64,000 bases of DNA from Vicugna vicugna (lineage: Eukaryota). Location: contig MU058259.1 of the NCBI GenBank assembly GCA_013265495.1, forward strand, positions 52,161 to 116,160. The letters are read 5' to 3'. Below, piece after piece: positions 24,934-39,956 of this stretch (position 1 is the first letter of the stretch; the number at the start of each line of letters is the position of its first letter). The position numbers and the translations under genes are program-made. The notes beneath the pieces are model-generated. The model did not search any database. It saw nothing but the letters and a program-made list of their open reading frames with translations, and was not told where the DNA came from.

Positions 24934-26161
24934 GAGAAAGGAAGATATATGTGCATGCTCATGGTCCAATATAATATCCTTGTCCCTAAATGGCCAGATA
25001 AAGGCCCTGCTTAACTGAAATATCTGACTTGAATAGGACCATTCAAGCCCAGCCCAAGGAGGCTCTTGTACATTTGCATCACTAACATATTAATTTCCCA
25101 AGCATGTTGACACTTCAAGTCTTTAATGGCACCACTTAAGTGAGTTTCCAAGTCACTTTCTTAAAAGTGATGTTCCGGAAATAAGATGTACATTTTAGTG
25201 GATGTCGCTTTTTTCTATTAGCACTTGTATTTTCAACTTAATTGGCTTACTTAAGTGGTGAATGATGTCTATTTAAGGAAGATATAACACATTGCTAGGT
25301 TTTTGCAGTGCCTGGCAATGCAGTAGCTTGTACTTATACTTTCTTACTGGGTTCCAAGAGTAATTATTGTTTAAACACCCTTTTGATCTGCCTAAGAATA
25401 CAAATAAGAAAAGCTGTTACCAAATTTATAAACTGTGAACTTAAGAGCAGAAGTGTTCATACAGGCACACTTACCAGCTTGTCAGTTATTAAAGGATATT
25501 AACCAATTCATATGCCTTAGCGTGTATCTGTGTATGCAGGTAAGTATTCTAATGTGTGATGGGTGTGACATACAAGGTTGTAGAATACTTTCTGGGTATA
25601 TGGGGGGCAGAAGGAGTCAAGCTTTGTTAGTTACTCTTCCTATATTAAAGACGGATCTTTTTTGCCCAGATGGGCCTGTGCTGTCTAGAAAAGTGGTTTT
25701 CAAACTTCATCCTAAGAAATCCCAAGGGTTTCACAAATGCCTGATTAATCATTAAAAAACAACATTAAAAAATTTAAACCTGTGATTAATGGAATTGTTA
25801 ATTTTCTTAGGTGTGATGATAGCATCATGGTGGGGTAGACTGCATTTATTCTTGAGAGATGCATGCAGAAGTATTTAGAAGACAAGTGATAGGACGTCTT
25901 CAATCATTCTTTCAAATGGTATAGCAAAAAGAAAAGATAGGGAAAGATAAAATATGCTAAAATGCTAAGAATTGTTCAATCTCAGTGGGAGTATATGGGT
26001 GTTTGTGGGAGGTATTAGTCCTGTTGGTGTGAAAATTTTCAAAATAAAAATTGGGGGAAATATGTATATATATACATATTTATAACATGTATACATATAT
26101 GTTGAGAAACATATGGAAAGAGTTAAAATACAGCAAAATGAGAGTACTTCCTGGATCCAAG

Positions 26162-26590
26162 TGTAGGCTACATGGGTATATGTTGTATCTTCAGCTGTCT
26201 GAGAGCCTGAGTCAGATGTGTACATGCAGAAGTTAATGGTGGAGTGCTCTTCTGGGGGAATGAAGGCAGCAGGATTCGGCAGGGGGAGGAGTTGAACTGT
26301 GATGCAGTCATAACAAAGGCCTCAGCCCAAATCTTGGGAGCTCTGCAGCTGGGGTCGTCCTTCTCAGTTGTCCTCCTTGAGGCAAGGGGGCCAGAGCTTT
26401 ATGCTTCCTCACCCACCAGTTATTGGATGTGAGCTGCCTGGCGTTGGGGGTGTGATTTGGGTGAGGTGGCTCTCCTTGGCTAAGGGTAGGTCCCAAACAG
26501 AGCCTCAGCTGAGAGCTGTCAGCCTCAAACAGCAGCTGGGGGATGGGAGTGTTTGTCCTGAAGGGGAGGTCTCCGTGGCTCACCACAGCA
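26162..26590. mobile_element. MaLR (MLT1-type) solo LTR; similar copies at ~28480-28800, ~33045-33490 and ~44335-44765
   Basis: Shared MLT1 motifs (GCAGAGC(C/T)T(G/A)AGAC, GGCAGGGGAGGAGTTGAACTGTGATGCAG, CAGTCATTGGCTG). Confidence 0.6.
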
Positions 26591-29500
26591 TCCACTAAAC
26601 AGCTTTTCTTTATGGCATGCTGATTTGTTTATTGGAGTCACATTTGTATAGATGTGTTATTATTTTGGAAGTTTACAGCTTTGTCATGTGTTTGTGTTTT
26701 GTTGTTGGTTTTTTTTCCTGGTAATTCAGGCCTATGGATTGGTACTTTTAAAACACCATCCCTATCCATGTGTGCTGCACTCAATTAAATGTTATCATCC
26801 CCAAATAAGAGAACTTGTAATAGCTCTCACTGTGTCAGTATCATATTACGTACAGCTGTAGGTTTTAGTTTTTTTTCTCTTTTCCTTTTCTTTTTTTCCC
26901 TTTTTTTGGTAAGCCTTGCGTGCTTCTTATGACTTAGAACTTATAAAATACATTTAGACAAATAAAACAGTATTTTAAATTCTGCTTTATATATTGAAGA
27001 CTCAAATAAGATTGATTTTGCATGAAAAGAAATTTGCCCCTTGAAAACCATTGGTCTGCATTTTCTCTCTAGTCTCTAGCCAAGGCGAGACAGTGCTGGA
27101 CTTCCAAATATGGAATGTGAAGTTTGAAAACAATAAAAGATAAAAAGAAAAGGTTTGTGATGCTAGGCATCACTGACATCTGACCCTCTCCATCCTGATG
27201 TTAACTGAGCAAGAATGCTTTGCCTTTTCTGTCTGAACTAGCCACTTTCTGGAACAAGGACAAGGAAGAAAAAGGGAAGCTCTTCTATGGTTGTTATTTT
27301 AAGCACTTGTTTTCTCATTTTCTTGTTTCCCTCATTGCCACAGTTTTTAATATGAGCTTCATTTATTCAAACAAGGGGACAATATTATCCCACTGAAGAA
27401 GGAAAACAATAGTCCTAGAAGCAGAGGCCACGTGTTGCAAAGAACTCAAAGTCACTTTTCCTGAGTATAAAGTCTTATTTATCTTAGAATGGATTTGACC
27501 TTTTAAAACATGGATACGAAGCAGGAGGGGGAATGTAAATATGACTCCCAAATCTCTATAGAGCTATTTAAACTACAGAGTGGTGAAGCAAGATCTTCGA
27601 TTCTTTCAGAAAATAAAAGATCCTTTTCAACTATTTTCCATTGTCCTGCTTGTCACTTCAAAGGAAGATTTGGCATGATCTTTAGAGACTTTCTCCTGAC
27701 CAAGGAAGGGTGTGAGGATGCTGGAAGGTATAATTTGAACTGAGTAACCCATCTACAAATCTCCCAACTTCTCTTGCTTTTCCGCATAGGACCATTGTAT
27801 GGAATGAGTGATGAATGGCTGCAAATCATCTCAAAAAGAATAAAGGGAATGAGAAATGTTCCTTATTAATTTCCTACAGAAGTGGCGCATGCTATAGAGT
27901 TGGGCAGTCTGGAGCCAGGTGAATCTCTGATCTTAAAGAGAGTGGACAGGTTTGCCCAGACAGGGTCTTTGCTTTCAGGGGAGGTCTCCAGAAAAAGACT
28001 GGTTGCCACTGAATGTAGCAGCAGTGTTGGATGTTGCAATTCCCACCTGGAATCAGGGCCACATGAAATCCCACTGCAGTCTCAAGGTACCTTTGGAGAG
28101 TTGACCTGTACAACTTTTTGAGCACACATAGGCAAATCATTTGTGATACCCATAATATGAAGAATTGTTGACCCTTCACTGGCCCCATGTCCTTGCTAAA
28201 TTCCAACATTAAATATTCTACTCTTCTTTAGTAGTTTCTCCCTCTGCAGTAGCATAGTGCAGCCCTTAATCTGTGTTGTTCTTTTGTAAATAAGGCCTTA
28301 GTACCCAGCTATGCACATTAGGGGTGCTCACTAAATACCATGTTCATTGATTACATTTTACCATGAATTCCTTACACTTCAGAAGATCAAAAACAAATGT
28401 TAATAACTCAGTTATCTCTGATGTTAAGCAATAAGTAGAAATTGTGTAAAACATGCTGCATTTTTTTCAGTGTGAAAGATTATCTTAGTTTGGCTTTCTG
28501 TTAAAGTAGATCCAAGACAAAGATTCAAGTGCAAATCATTTAATTGAGAGATGAAGGAAACTCTAGTGTGGTGAGGAGATAAGATTAGGCATGGGAAGGA
28601 GCCAGTATAGGGTGCTACTGGAGCTTAAGCCTGCTGGGGATCTCTGGAAGCTGGTAAAGGAAACGTGCTTCAGTGTTCTCCCGCCTGTGGGTGAGGAAAC
28701 TGAAGCATTTCAGATACCAAATCTTCTCAGTTCTGGGTTGAGGACTGTTCGGGAAGCCTTAACTTCCTGGCATTTTCAGCCTGCTGCCCAGTGGCAAAAA
28801 AGGGCTTCATGCTGGTGGATTAGGAATATGGATGAGTCCTACAAAGATACTATTAGATATCCAGAATAATATTCTGATATTTTTCAACAAGATCTGGCAC
28901 TTCTACCACGAAAGAATTGTTTTTTTTTTTCTGGTGATGGGCAAGAAGCTGGTTTCATTTATGTGAGTTTAATACTAAGAATGATAATACTTTCTCTACC
29001 TCACAGGTTTATTGTGAGGATCAAGTGAATTAATATCTGTGAAAATACAACAGAAATGGAAGATGGCAGTTGAAATGATTTGGTGGTTTGCAACCAGATA
29101 GAAAAATGAACCAAAGGGAAACAGTAAACTGGAAAATAAAACTATCACAGTTTTTTTCTCATTTTATTGTGTTTTAAGTAGTTTTGCTTCTGAACCCTGA
29201 AATGTGGCGTTTCAAGTGATTTAGTTTATGTCATGTTTTCTGATTCATCAGAAAGCCTTCTTGTAATCTGATATGACATCAGTTTGGGGCATTTCGCCAG
29301 CTGCTCCTGACTTGCCACATGAAGGTTCAGATTGTCCCAGTCTCTGAACTAAAGAGAACCAACAGTATTAGCAGATCTCTCACCACCAGGAATGCCAGGT
29401 TAGGATTCTCTTTGTAGCCAATTTTTGTAAATGTTCCATATGATCTCAAGGTAAATGTGTATTCTCTATTGATTGAGTGCAATATTCTGTGTATAACTAT

Positions 29501-29645
29501 TAGATAAAGCTGTGTTTTTAGCGTGGATTAAATCTTCACTATTTTTAATGTAATATGCTTTTTCCCCAACCTTACTGATAACTTTTTGAGAAAAGTTAAC
29601 TAAAAATCTCCTATGATGGTAGATCTGTTATAAAAATGTTGTTTT

Positions 29646-29779
29646 GGGAGAGGGTATAGCTCAGTGGTAGAGTGCATGCCTAGCATGCATGAGGTCCTGG
29701 GTTCAATTCCCAGTACCTCTACTAAATAAATAAATCTAATTACCTCCCTTCATTAAAAAAAATTAAACAAATTATTTTA
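29646..29779 (+). mobile_element. tRNA-derived SINE (Vic-1-like) with 14-bp TSD, inserted in an old antisense L1 (~29400-30300)
   Basis: GGGAGAGGGTATAGCTCAGTGGTAGAGTGCATGC...; TSD AAAAATGTTGTTTT at 29632-29645 and 29780-29793. Confidence 0.92.
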
Positions 29780-31519
29780 AAAAATGTTGTTTTATATATT
29801 TTGAAACTACATTGTTCAATGCAAACAGGCTCAAAATTGTTATAGCTTCTTGGTGGACTGTTTTTATTATCTAGCGAAGTTCTGCTTTATTCTTATTGTC
29901 TTTCCTCTTTAAATTCTGTTTTGCTTGATACTAATTTTGCTAGGTAGATTTTTGTTGTTACTTGTCTAATATATCTTTTCCCATTCCTTTTATTTTACCT
30001 TATGTACGTCATTGTGTTTTAGGTGTGCCTTTTGTGAATAGCCCATGTTTAGCTTTTGTTTTTCACCCACCAAATATAAGTAGAGTTATTTATCTATTAA
30101 AGATAGTGATTAAAAACATAGATTACTGCTATATTTGGGTTGAATTTTTGGTTTCTTGTTGTTCCTGTTCATTTTTTCACTTATATTTTCTTCTGGTTTG
30201 AAAGTTATCCATTGTATTTCTTTCTTTATCATCCATTTTTTACTCTCATTTTCCATTGCCTTTTGATCTTTTATGTTGCTGATGAGATATTCTCTGCAAG
30301 GTTAATTCTCTTTCCTTTGCTTGGAATAGAGTAAAAACATGAAAAATGTTTATCTTTTGGAATAACATTTACTACATATTTGAGGGTTGTTGCTTTGTAC
30401 CTAATGATATACAGTGTATATGTTGCTTTACTTCCTGCTCACAGGGAATGTAGGGGCAAGGTAGTGAAATCTTCCCAAACTTTCTCTGGCATTTCTATCC
30501 ACAGAACTTGGCTGATCCTCCCTCTTCTTCCCCTTTCTCTTTCCTCATGATTTTTCTCCAGTAGCATTTGAAAAAGAGCCTTAAATAGTGTTGACAGGAG
30601 TTGCAAGAGGTAACATGAAGGAAAGTTCAGTATATCAAGTCATGAAACCTTAGCTACCCAATTCTGTAAAGATAATAGTTTTTAAAGGGAACCTCTTTTT
30701 TTTCTCCCTTTCTCCATTTGTGTCACAGTGTTGTCCTGTGACATGTGCAGCTTCAGCTGACTTTTGAAAGCTTGCTATTTTGGAGATCATAATTTTGACT
30801 GATGGTCCTATAATTAGTAAGTGTTCATTGAGTACTCTGTCCTGAGTATTTCTGTGGGATGGTAGAGAATGTTCTTAACAGCTGCCAGGGTGATAACAGT
30901 CCTGCAAATTGGCATGACTTCAAAGAAGCCAAAGGACTTTATTAAGATTAAAAGCAAATGAACAAAGAAGCATAGCAGTAGCTATAGCAGTAGCTATAGC
31001 AGCAGCTAAGGCAAAAGAGAAAATAGTGTGAAGGTCTCCTAGTCACCAGATCTAAGGAGTTCCTTACACTTGTTTTCTCCATAGTGTTCAAAGCTTGATA
31101 GCCTCTCAGTGTTCTTCCCATCCATCTGAAGTCATCCCTGTCTCTACTGGCTCTTTGTCCTCCTGCCTCCTAGATAAAGGTGCTTTCCGAATGTTGATCT
31201 GGAGTTCTTTTCTCTCTTCCGTGATCCTCCCCATCACAGAGCATTCTATTCCATTGGCTTCACATACAAACTTCATGTTGATGCCTCCCAAATCCACGTC
31301 CCTGGCTTCTACCCAAACTCCAGTTCCACATTTTTAATTGTCTGCTGAATGTTTTCCCCTAGAGATCCTTCTGAAGCCTTGACTCAGTGCACCTAAAGTC
31401 ATACTCTTTCCTTAAAACCAACCTCCGCACTCTATGAACCAGCAATTCCACTCCTATATAGGTAGCCAAAAGAAATGTGTGCACAATGCGCCAAAGGACA
31501 TGTGTAAGAGTGTTAAGAA

Positions 31520-32890
31520 AACATGATACGTCATGACTAAATGGAGCTTGACCCAGGAATGTAAAGCTGGGTTAAAATTAGAAAATCAAACAGTTTAATT
31601 CATCCCATTAATAGAATAAAGGGGAGAGGATCACATGATCATTTCAATAGTTGTAGAAATTCATTTGGTAATATTAAACATCTTTTCATGGTAAAAACTC
31701 TTAGAAAAGTTGGAGAAGAAGAGAACATCCTTAATCTCTAAAAGACCTATTACAAACAGACTAAGTGACAAAATGTTGAAAACTTTTCCTTGGTGGTCAA
31801 GAACAAGACAAGAATGCCCGGATAACCACTGCATTTCAACATTGTTCACAGTGTTTTGGCCAGTGCACAAAACAAGAAAAGCATAAGAATTGGAAGGGAA
31901 GAAACAGAAGACTGTCATTATTTGCACATGATATGATTATGTTCATAGAAAATCCAAATGATTTGGCAGGTAAACTATTGGGATTAATAAGAGAATTTAA
32001 CATAGTCTGTATATAAAAGCTCAATACCCCGAAATCCAACATATTTCTCCATACCAACGAAAAGCAGAAAATGAAATGAATATAAAATACAAAAATAAAT
32101 CTAATAAAGAATGTGCAAGAATTCAACAGAAAAAAATGATACAACCTTATTCTCAGACATTAAAGGAATATAAGAAAGGGAAGATATACAACAATAAATA
32201 TGAGCAAAAAAGATGCCAGTTCTCCCCAAATTCATTTCTAAATTTAATGCAATTCCAATTAATTTTTTTTTGTTAGAACTTGACAAACTTATTTTAAAAT
32301 TCCTATGGAAATACAAAGGCCACCAATAGCAAATACCCTTTTGAAGCAGAATAAGGAAGAAGACATGATCCACTGAATAAGAAGACTGTTGTAAAGCTAT
32401 AGTAATCAAGACAGTGTATTATCTTTTCAGGGATAGAAAAGTAAACCAATGGAATAGAATGAATAACCCAGAAACATATCTACACATAAGATCAATATTC
32501 AACATATGTTGCACTATAGAATAGAAGAGAAATGTCAGTCCTTAGAATAAATAATACTGAGACAATAGATAACTGTGATTAAATTAAACCTCTATCTCAC
32601 ACTATATCCCCAAATCAATTCCAGGTACATTAAAAACCTAAACATGAAAGGAAAAATTAAAAAGTTCCTAAGAGATAATATAAAATATCTTCATGAGCTT
32701 GGAGGGTAGAGAAGACTTGCTTAAACAAGATACCTAACCACAAGGAAAGGAGAAATATTGGTAAGTTAGATACTAACTTTAAGAACTTTTGCTTATTAAA
32801 GAACATTTAAGTGAAAAGATAAACCAGAGAGTGAAGGGAGGTATTTGTAACACACAAAACTGACAAAACTAGTGTTTTGGCATATTAAGA
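31520..32890 (+). mobile_element. Decayed old L1 ORF2 (reverse transcriptase region onward)
   Basis: Remnants CAAGACAAGAATGCCC, TATTTGCACATGATATGATT (F-A-D-D-M-I-like) and CAATGGAATAGAAT; many stops. Confidence 0.8.
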
Positions 32891-35800
32891 GCTCTCATAT
32901 AGGCATGGCCTGGGGAAGAGGATGGACATGGTGCTGACAAATTTGGAGAAAGCCCGAGACCAAGGAACTTTTGCCTCATTCACTGCTTGAAAGTTTCAAA
33001 GGAGTCTGCTGGACAGAGGCATTGTCAGGCACAGTGGGTGCCTTATGTCATGTTTATTAGAAAGCAGAGCTTAAGACAGGGATTCTAGTGCCTTCTGTTT
33101 ATTGGAGGAATGTTCTCAGGAGAAAGGGAGTGAGGGAAGTGGGATAGGGGAGGGGAAGTTGGCTAAGCAAGTATGTGTTTTTAACTTCAGCCTGATCCCA
33201 TATGGAGTTCTGTAGCATACATTGCACCACAGAGCTGTTTCCCCTTGAGGCAAGGAAGCAAGAATTCCATATCCCTGTGGCATTTAGTCATTGGCTGTGG
33301 GCTATACCCCAAAGGTGGGGGTGGGCATAGCTTCCTGAATAAAAGTAGCTTCCTGCTCAGCTAGGGGGAATTCTCCAAAGAAGGGGACATTTGTAAGCTG
33401 TTAGCAACCATTACATCACATCTGGAGGGATGGGTAAATTGGTTTGTAAAGGGGATCACTGTGGAGCACCAGTAGTGTTCTCTGCAGTGAGGACTTGGCC
33501 TGAGTCAATCTCAGTTCCCACGTGGTGTGAGCCCTATGTTGGACCCCAGAAGCCTGCATGAGGCTGGCCATGATAGGGCACAGTGATCTGGAGTAGAGGA
33601 TATAGGGTGAGCTCAGTTCCCAGGGGTTAAGGAGGAGGTTGTGACAGAGACTCAGAGGGATCTCTAGAGATGAGATTGAAACAGCCACAGGGAGAGGGCC
33701 AGTATTCTCCTAGAAAATTGACTGAGCCAAAAAATAAAACCAGAAACAGGTCACAAGTTCACCAGCTTCTGACAGTGACCTTAAGGCCAGCAGGGGTCAC
33801 AGCACAAGAGACTATAAGGACATCTTCTCTCCTTATTCTGCTTCTCTCCTTGAGAAGACTGTAGGGGTTGGAGATAAGTGCCATTGGGGTTTATGAAGAA
33901 TAATATATTAGGTTTTTAAGAAATAAAGAAACTACATTTACACTGCACATCTGAATTGTAGTGTAAATGAAATTTCAGCACCCACTTTAAAACACCCTAA
34001 GTCCACTAGATTGTAGATTGTTATATTCAAACATATAAATGGAGTAAACAAAAGTTTGACCTTTGACAATGATATTGTAAACCCTTTGAAAACAGGGTGC
34101 TGAAACCCACACAGTAAAGTGTTAGGTAATTCTATTTTATCTTATAGTGTTTCCTCTCATGGGATTTGAAACTCATCCTCTTTTGTTTCAACCCACATGT
34201 GTTACCAGGAGCCACTGATAAAAGTTAAAAGACACTATGGAGGGAAAAAAGACTCAGCTATAAATTGTATTGGAATATTTGTTACTCATTTAGAGAGAAG
34301 TCAGTTTAGACCCATACCTCATACCACAATGCCAGATGAATAAAATATATATAAGAAATTAATTCATAAGGAAAAACATTGGACTTTGTGAGGTCTCTGG
34401 ATTTCTCTATAAGTTTTGTAAGCTTTAGAGTGATAAAATATCACAGTTATAGCCGACACATCTGACTACATAAAAATTTAAAACTTTATATATAAGAAAC
34501 TAAAAAACACAGGGGAAATATTTTTTAACAAATATGGGAAACAGAGGTTTAATATCTTAGGCAAATACAAAGAAAACATTAATATCCCAATAATAAAGAA
34601 GAAAAAGACTGGTGATTTCAAATGAGGATCTATGCTAAGTAAACAGATATATGGAAAAGTTTTAAATCTTTTATTTCAACCTTAAACAAATACTTATTGA
34701 GCATCTTCCATGGGCCAGACACAGTTCTAGGAACTAGTCAACAAAGACTACAAATCAAATTACCAATTTGATACTATTGAAACTGATACTTTCTTACACT
34801 GCTGATGGAAGTAAAATTACATAATCCTTATTGAACTTGGCCATACCTATCAAGTGATAGCATTGTTTTAAGTCAGAAATTCTACTTTGGGGAACATATC
34901 TCCAAAGGAAAAAATAATCTCAAGAAGGGAAGAAAACATATGCCTGAAGATACTCATCACATTATATATTATAAAGAGAGAGAAAATATATAGGAAACAC
35001 CTAAAGTATTTAGAATTTTTATTCAAGGTTTCCCAAATGAATTTTTCTGTAGAATATTTTTTCCCCATAGAATGTCTGTTAACTTGCTTGAGAACATGTC
35101 TTCTGGAAGAAAGGGACCCACCATTTTGGTGATCTTCCTATTAGGGTTAATGATGTGGTTCATTTGCCAGTAAGGTTTCAGTTGGGTGAAAAGTTTGGAG
35201 CTCAGGCCCACCTAAGCACAAACCACTAACCTAGAAGAGAGGGAGAGTTTCTGGGACATAAACAAAGGAATGAGGTCCCTTGATTGTGTACTTTTCTAGA
35301 TTTTCTGAAGTGTGAGCATCTCATGCATGTGACCTTCAGTAAGGCTAGATAAGACAATTTCAACCTACCTACTGGGCACAGGCCCTGAACTTCTCAGAAA
35401 GAATGAGAATGAATCTCTTATTCTGTAGGCACTAATACATTCATAGAAAGGACAAGACTCCTTTATCAACTAGAGAGTTCAGAAGAAAAAGCAAACTGAT
35501 TGTGTCCTAGAATAAACAATCTCAGAGCAATGACGCTCACTGGGAGCTCTCCAGGGTTCTGAACAATTGCCTGCCTCTCTCTCCAGCCCAAGAGAACATT
35601 CCTTTCGCTAGTGTCTCTCACCTAAAGGATACACTAACTCTGCTTGCCTTGACATTTGCCCTCTGGCCTTTGACTCCTACACATAATCTGTCTGTGACCA
35701 TACCTAATGGGGCTTCAGTCACTGTCTGTTCTTTACATGTACTGACAGCTTCATTTATCAGGTTTATTCTAAAGGAAGTCTGTTTGAAGTTATGTCAGCA

Positions 35801-37319
35801 GGAGAGAATATATGCTTTATTAACTCTTGGTTGTACTATTAGGAAAGAAGGGGACACAGGAGAGATAATTTTCAGATATGGGTCCTCTTAGATCAGTAAA
35901 GCCTAGGCATCTGTCACTGTATTTGGTTATTGCTGGAGTGCTTGAGAAAGTAACTACTAAAAGAACACATAGAGGAAACAAAAAGAGGAGACCATCAGAG
36001 AGTAGAGAGATATAAAGAGCTTCCATGTGACTTATCTGTCATGCTTTTCAATCCTTCAATTACTGGATTAACAGCAGGGTATGGCAGGGTGCCTTACATA
36101 TGGTTGGTGCTGGTAAACAGATGAATATTAAACTGAGCACTAGAAGAACAGAATTCTGGTCCTGGCTCTCTCTTTTTTTTAAACTAACTAGTTGTATAAC
36201 ATTGGGTAAGTCATTTAACTTTTCTGTATTAATGCAGGATAACTGCTGTAACAAACCACCCCCAAATTCCAATCACTTAAAATAGCATAAGCATATTTCT
36301 CACTCACACATCAATCCAATACATATTCCTGGTTGACTGGCTTTCCTGGACAACTCTCCTGAGTCTCCAAGTGGTGACTCAGATTTTTTCCATATTGTAG
36401 CTTTGCTGTCCTTTAAGTCCTTGGAATAATCTTCATTCAATTAGTTAAGGAGGAAAGAGAATAAGGAGCTTATACATTGGAGGGTTTTATGGAGGGTTTT
36501 ATGGGTCAGGCCATGAGTTGGTACACATCACTTCTACCCACAATCTATTGGATAGGAACCATCACATGTTCACACTTAACTTCAAGAGATCTTGGGAAAA
36601 GGGACACCGTTTGATAAATAAGTGGCCAGTCTCCACCCTATTCTCTGGGTTCTGGTTTCTTCAGTTGTAAAATGATGCAAATTATATCTGCCCTTTCTTC
36701 TTCATTGAGTTATTGTGAAGATTAAAGGAAATTATCTGTATGAAAATGACTTGAAAACTAAATCAGCATATGCAGAAGAAGAATCAGTATTGCTTGGCTT
36801 ACCTGTCTTTGAATGTTAATTTTAGGAGTGAAAGAAAGGTGTTCTTTCTTTGGTAGAACTCTTTATAGATAATCCCAGTATATACCAAGTATAAGTATAT
36901 TTAATGGGATAATATAAGATGTTTTTAAAGTAGGATGAAAATAAAGATTGTAAATGGACCTTTGACATTTCATAATTTGAATGCCTTGATGGAAGTGTAC
37001 TAGGATGAAATTAAGGGAAAGTACCATTTTGCATTCAAGCCTAATTTCTTGCCAGACTCCTTAAGATGCTTGTAACCTCCCAGACAATAAAACTATCATA
37101 GGCTTGATAATACATAGTAAGTTCTATCACCTATGACATATTTCCCTGGACTGGTTATTAGAAATGGGTATCTATTATGATTGTTGTACATGACATCCAG
37201 TTATTCACATGTAAACATGCACATACACACACAGCTCAGCTACTTTTTCCTTTTTCTGAGGCCCTTCATCCTCAGCAGCCAGAAACTCCTGTTCCCTCTA
37301 ACTCACCAAACAAGCAGAC

Positions 37320-37320
<1 letters not shown>

Positions 37321-37361
<41 letters not shown>

Positions 37362-37386
37362 AAAGAAAGAAAGAAAAAGAAAAAAC
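37321..37386 (+). repeat. Poly(A)/A-rich tract (A39 followed by GAAA repeats)
   Basis: Directly visible. Confidence 0.95.
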
Positions 37387-39956
37387 CTCCTCCAACTTCT
37401 TCTCTTCTCCTTCTCAGGTTTGCCATGAAGCAGAGGATATGATAGAATTACATTATGCTTACACATCCAAAAACATGCCATTGATTTCTGAACACTGATC
37501 ACTCTAGTTTCAGTATGCTTTCACCTGAAGCTAGTACCAGCCATCTGGGAAGGGCTGTTGTTTAAGCAAACATCACTCAGCCAGTTGTGATCCAACTGAG
37601 GCATTGGATCGTGCTGAACTGCAAGATTTCTTATAGGGGTGAAAAGAAGTAATAAGAAATCACAATAGCAAGGGACATACTTTGAGACACATCTTAGTTT
37701 TCTGAAAGGAGAAAGAGAAAGATATTTGTTTGAAACTCCAGGGCCTTAGGGGGGTTCAGCAGAGCACAGTAAGCCTTAGGAATAATGTCCAATTTGTCTT
37801 AGATCAGACCAAACTCACAGCTTAAATAGTCAAAGCAAAGATAGCTCTGTTCTCAGTATGTTTAAAATAACTGAATATGAACATGACCTAAAGGAAATTA
37901 GACTGTACATAATCATGCATCCTGCTGGAGTGTAATATTGACTCGAAAATATAGAGCCTTGGTTTTTGTGGAAGGAAATAGAAGTTGGGATGCAAAATGA
38001 AGCAAAAAAAGAGATGCCCTTGGAAATATCAATTGCTATAAAATGAAAGCAGTGTCTAATCAAATAAGGGCCTTCTACTGATAGACTATCCCTCACATCT
38101 GGGTATCTTGGCTATTTATCTCTTATCAGGAAAAAAAGTGGGTCAGTGAATTATACCAAAGCAGATCTCTTTCAGCTGGACAAACTTTGAGAGAATTAAA
38201 AACAGTCTCTTTTCTAGTATCTCTCCCTGGGTATTTTTTTAATTAAAAAAATCTCCTTCTATAAGCCATTTTCCAGCTACCTGTCTGCTTGGATTTCATT
38301 CTAGTCTGTGTTCTGCTCATACTATGTGTCTCATGAAACCATGCAAATTGGTGCCAAGACCAAGCATACTAAAACTGCTGGAGTCCTGAGGCAGATTGGA
38401 CCCATCATTTATTCAATGATTGCTTGTATTAGTGGAGAGGAGATGATTTTGCTTCCAATAGAATTTGAGTATTGATACAGTATGCTTGGGACAAAAGTTT
38501 CCCCCTTTTCAGGACAGCATACACACATCTTCCCAGATACTGTGAAGAAGGAGACATGAGGAAATATATAGGCAATATGAGAGAGTGGAGGAAGAACTGG
38601 GATTCAGGGGTTCAGGAAATCTGGAATCTTACACTGCCTCTCACCGAATCTAGGATCTTGTTAAGTGCTGTATCCCTCTAAGTCTCAATTTTTCCATTTG
38701 CAAAATAATAGTAATAATAGTAATAAACAATTGAGAGGCAGTACACTCACTTCAGAGAGATTGCCAGAGTTCAAATTCTGACTCTGCTGTTGTTACCTTT
38801 AACTCTTCTGTGCCTCAGGTTGTTTGTTTGTTTCTGATTTTACATGTACCTGAAGCTTGAACTATATTACTGGTTGCAAAATGTTCCATTTTACTTTTTA
38901 AAAAATTAATAACTTTATTTTATGGGAAATTTTAGTTTCACAGAAAAACTGAGTGGAAAGTACAGAGTTTCCATATACCTCCCAGTCCCACACATGCTCA
39001 CCTCCCCCACTATCAACAATCGATGTTACTGTTGGTGAACCTATTTTGATACCTTATAATCACCCAAAGACTAGTTTACATTAGGGTTCACTTTTGGTGT
39101 TACATTTGGTTTTGGACAAATGTATAATGACATGTATCCGTCACTGTAGTATCATACAGAGTAGTTTCACTGCCCTAAAAAGCCTCTGTGCTCTGTCTGT
39201 TCATCGCTCTCTCCCCACCAGCCCCTGGCAACCATTGATCTTTTTATTGTCTCCATAGTTTTGCCTTCTCCAGAGTGAGATATAGGTGGAATCATACAGT
39301 ATGTAGTCTATTCAGATTGGCTTCTTTCACTTAGTAATATGCATTAAGTTTCCTCTAGGTGTTTTCATGGTTTGATAGAATATTTTTCTTTAGTACTGAA
39401 TAGTATTCCATTGTCTAGACATACTACAGTTTCTTTATCCATTCACCTTCTAAAGGACATTTTGGCTGTTTACAAGTTTTGGGAATTATGAATAAAGCTG
39501 GTGTAAACACTGGTGCACAGGTTTTTGTGTGGACATAAATTTTCAATTCATTTGGTTAAATAGGGAGGAGCATGATTAGTGGATTTTATGGTAAGAGTAT
39601 TTTTAGTTTAGTTTTTTTGTTTAAACAGATTCATTAAGTGTGAGATTTGACAGATTGTGTTCTTCAAGGAGTTGGTCCATTTCATGTTGGTTGCCAGATT
39701 TGTGGGTGTAAAGTTGTCCTTAATATTCCTTTATCTTCTTTTTAATGTCCATGAGATCTTTAGCGATGTCCTTTCTTTCATTTCTGATACTAGTAACTTG
39801 TGTCTACTCTTTTTTCCTTAGCCTGGCTAGAAGCTTATCGATTTTATTGATCTTCTTACAGCTTTTGGTTTTGCTGATTTTCTATATTGACTTCTTCTTT
39901 TCAATTTCTTTGATTTCTCCTTGAATTTTTATTATTTATTTTCTTCTGCTTACTTT

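Noticed and set aside
29646..29720. tRNA genes here and at 1165-1236, 2085-2150 and 8805-8875
   Set aside because: These are tRNA-like SINE heads with A-rich tails and, in two cases, clear TSDs.
30973..31008. Three copies of a 12-bp unit TAGCAG(T/C)AGCTA
   Set aside because: Ordinary short tandem duplication without spacers; not CRISPR-like.
37177..37502. Poly-lysine and poly-phenylalanine ORFs
   Set aside because: Artefacts of the poly(A) tract.
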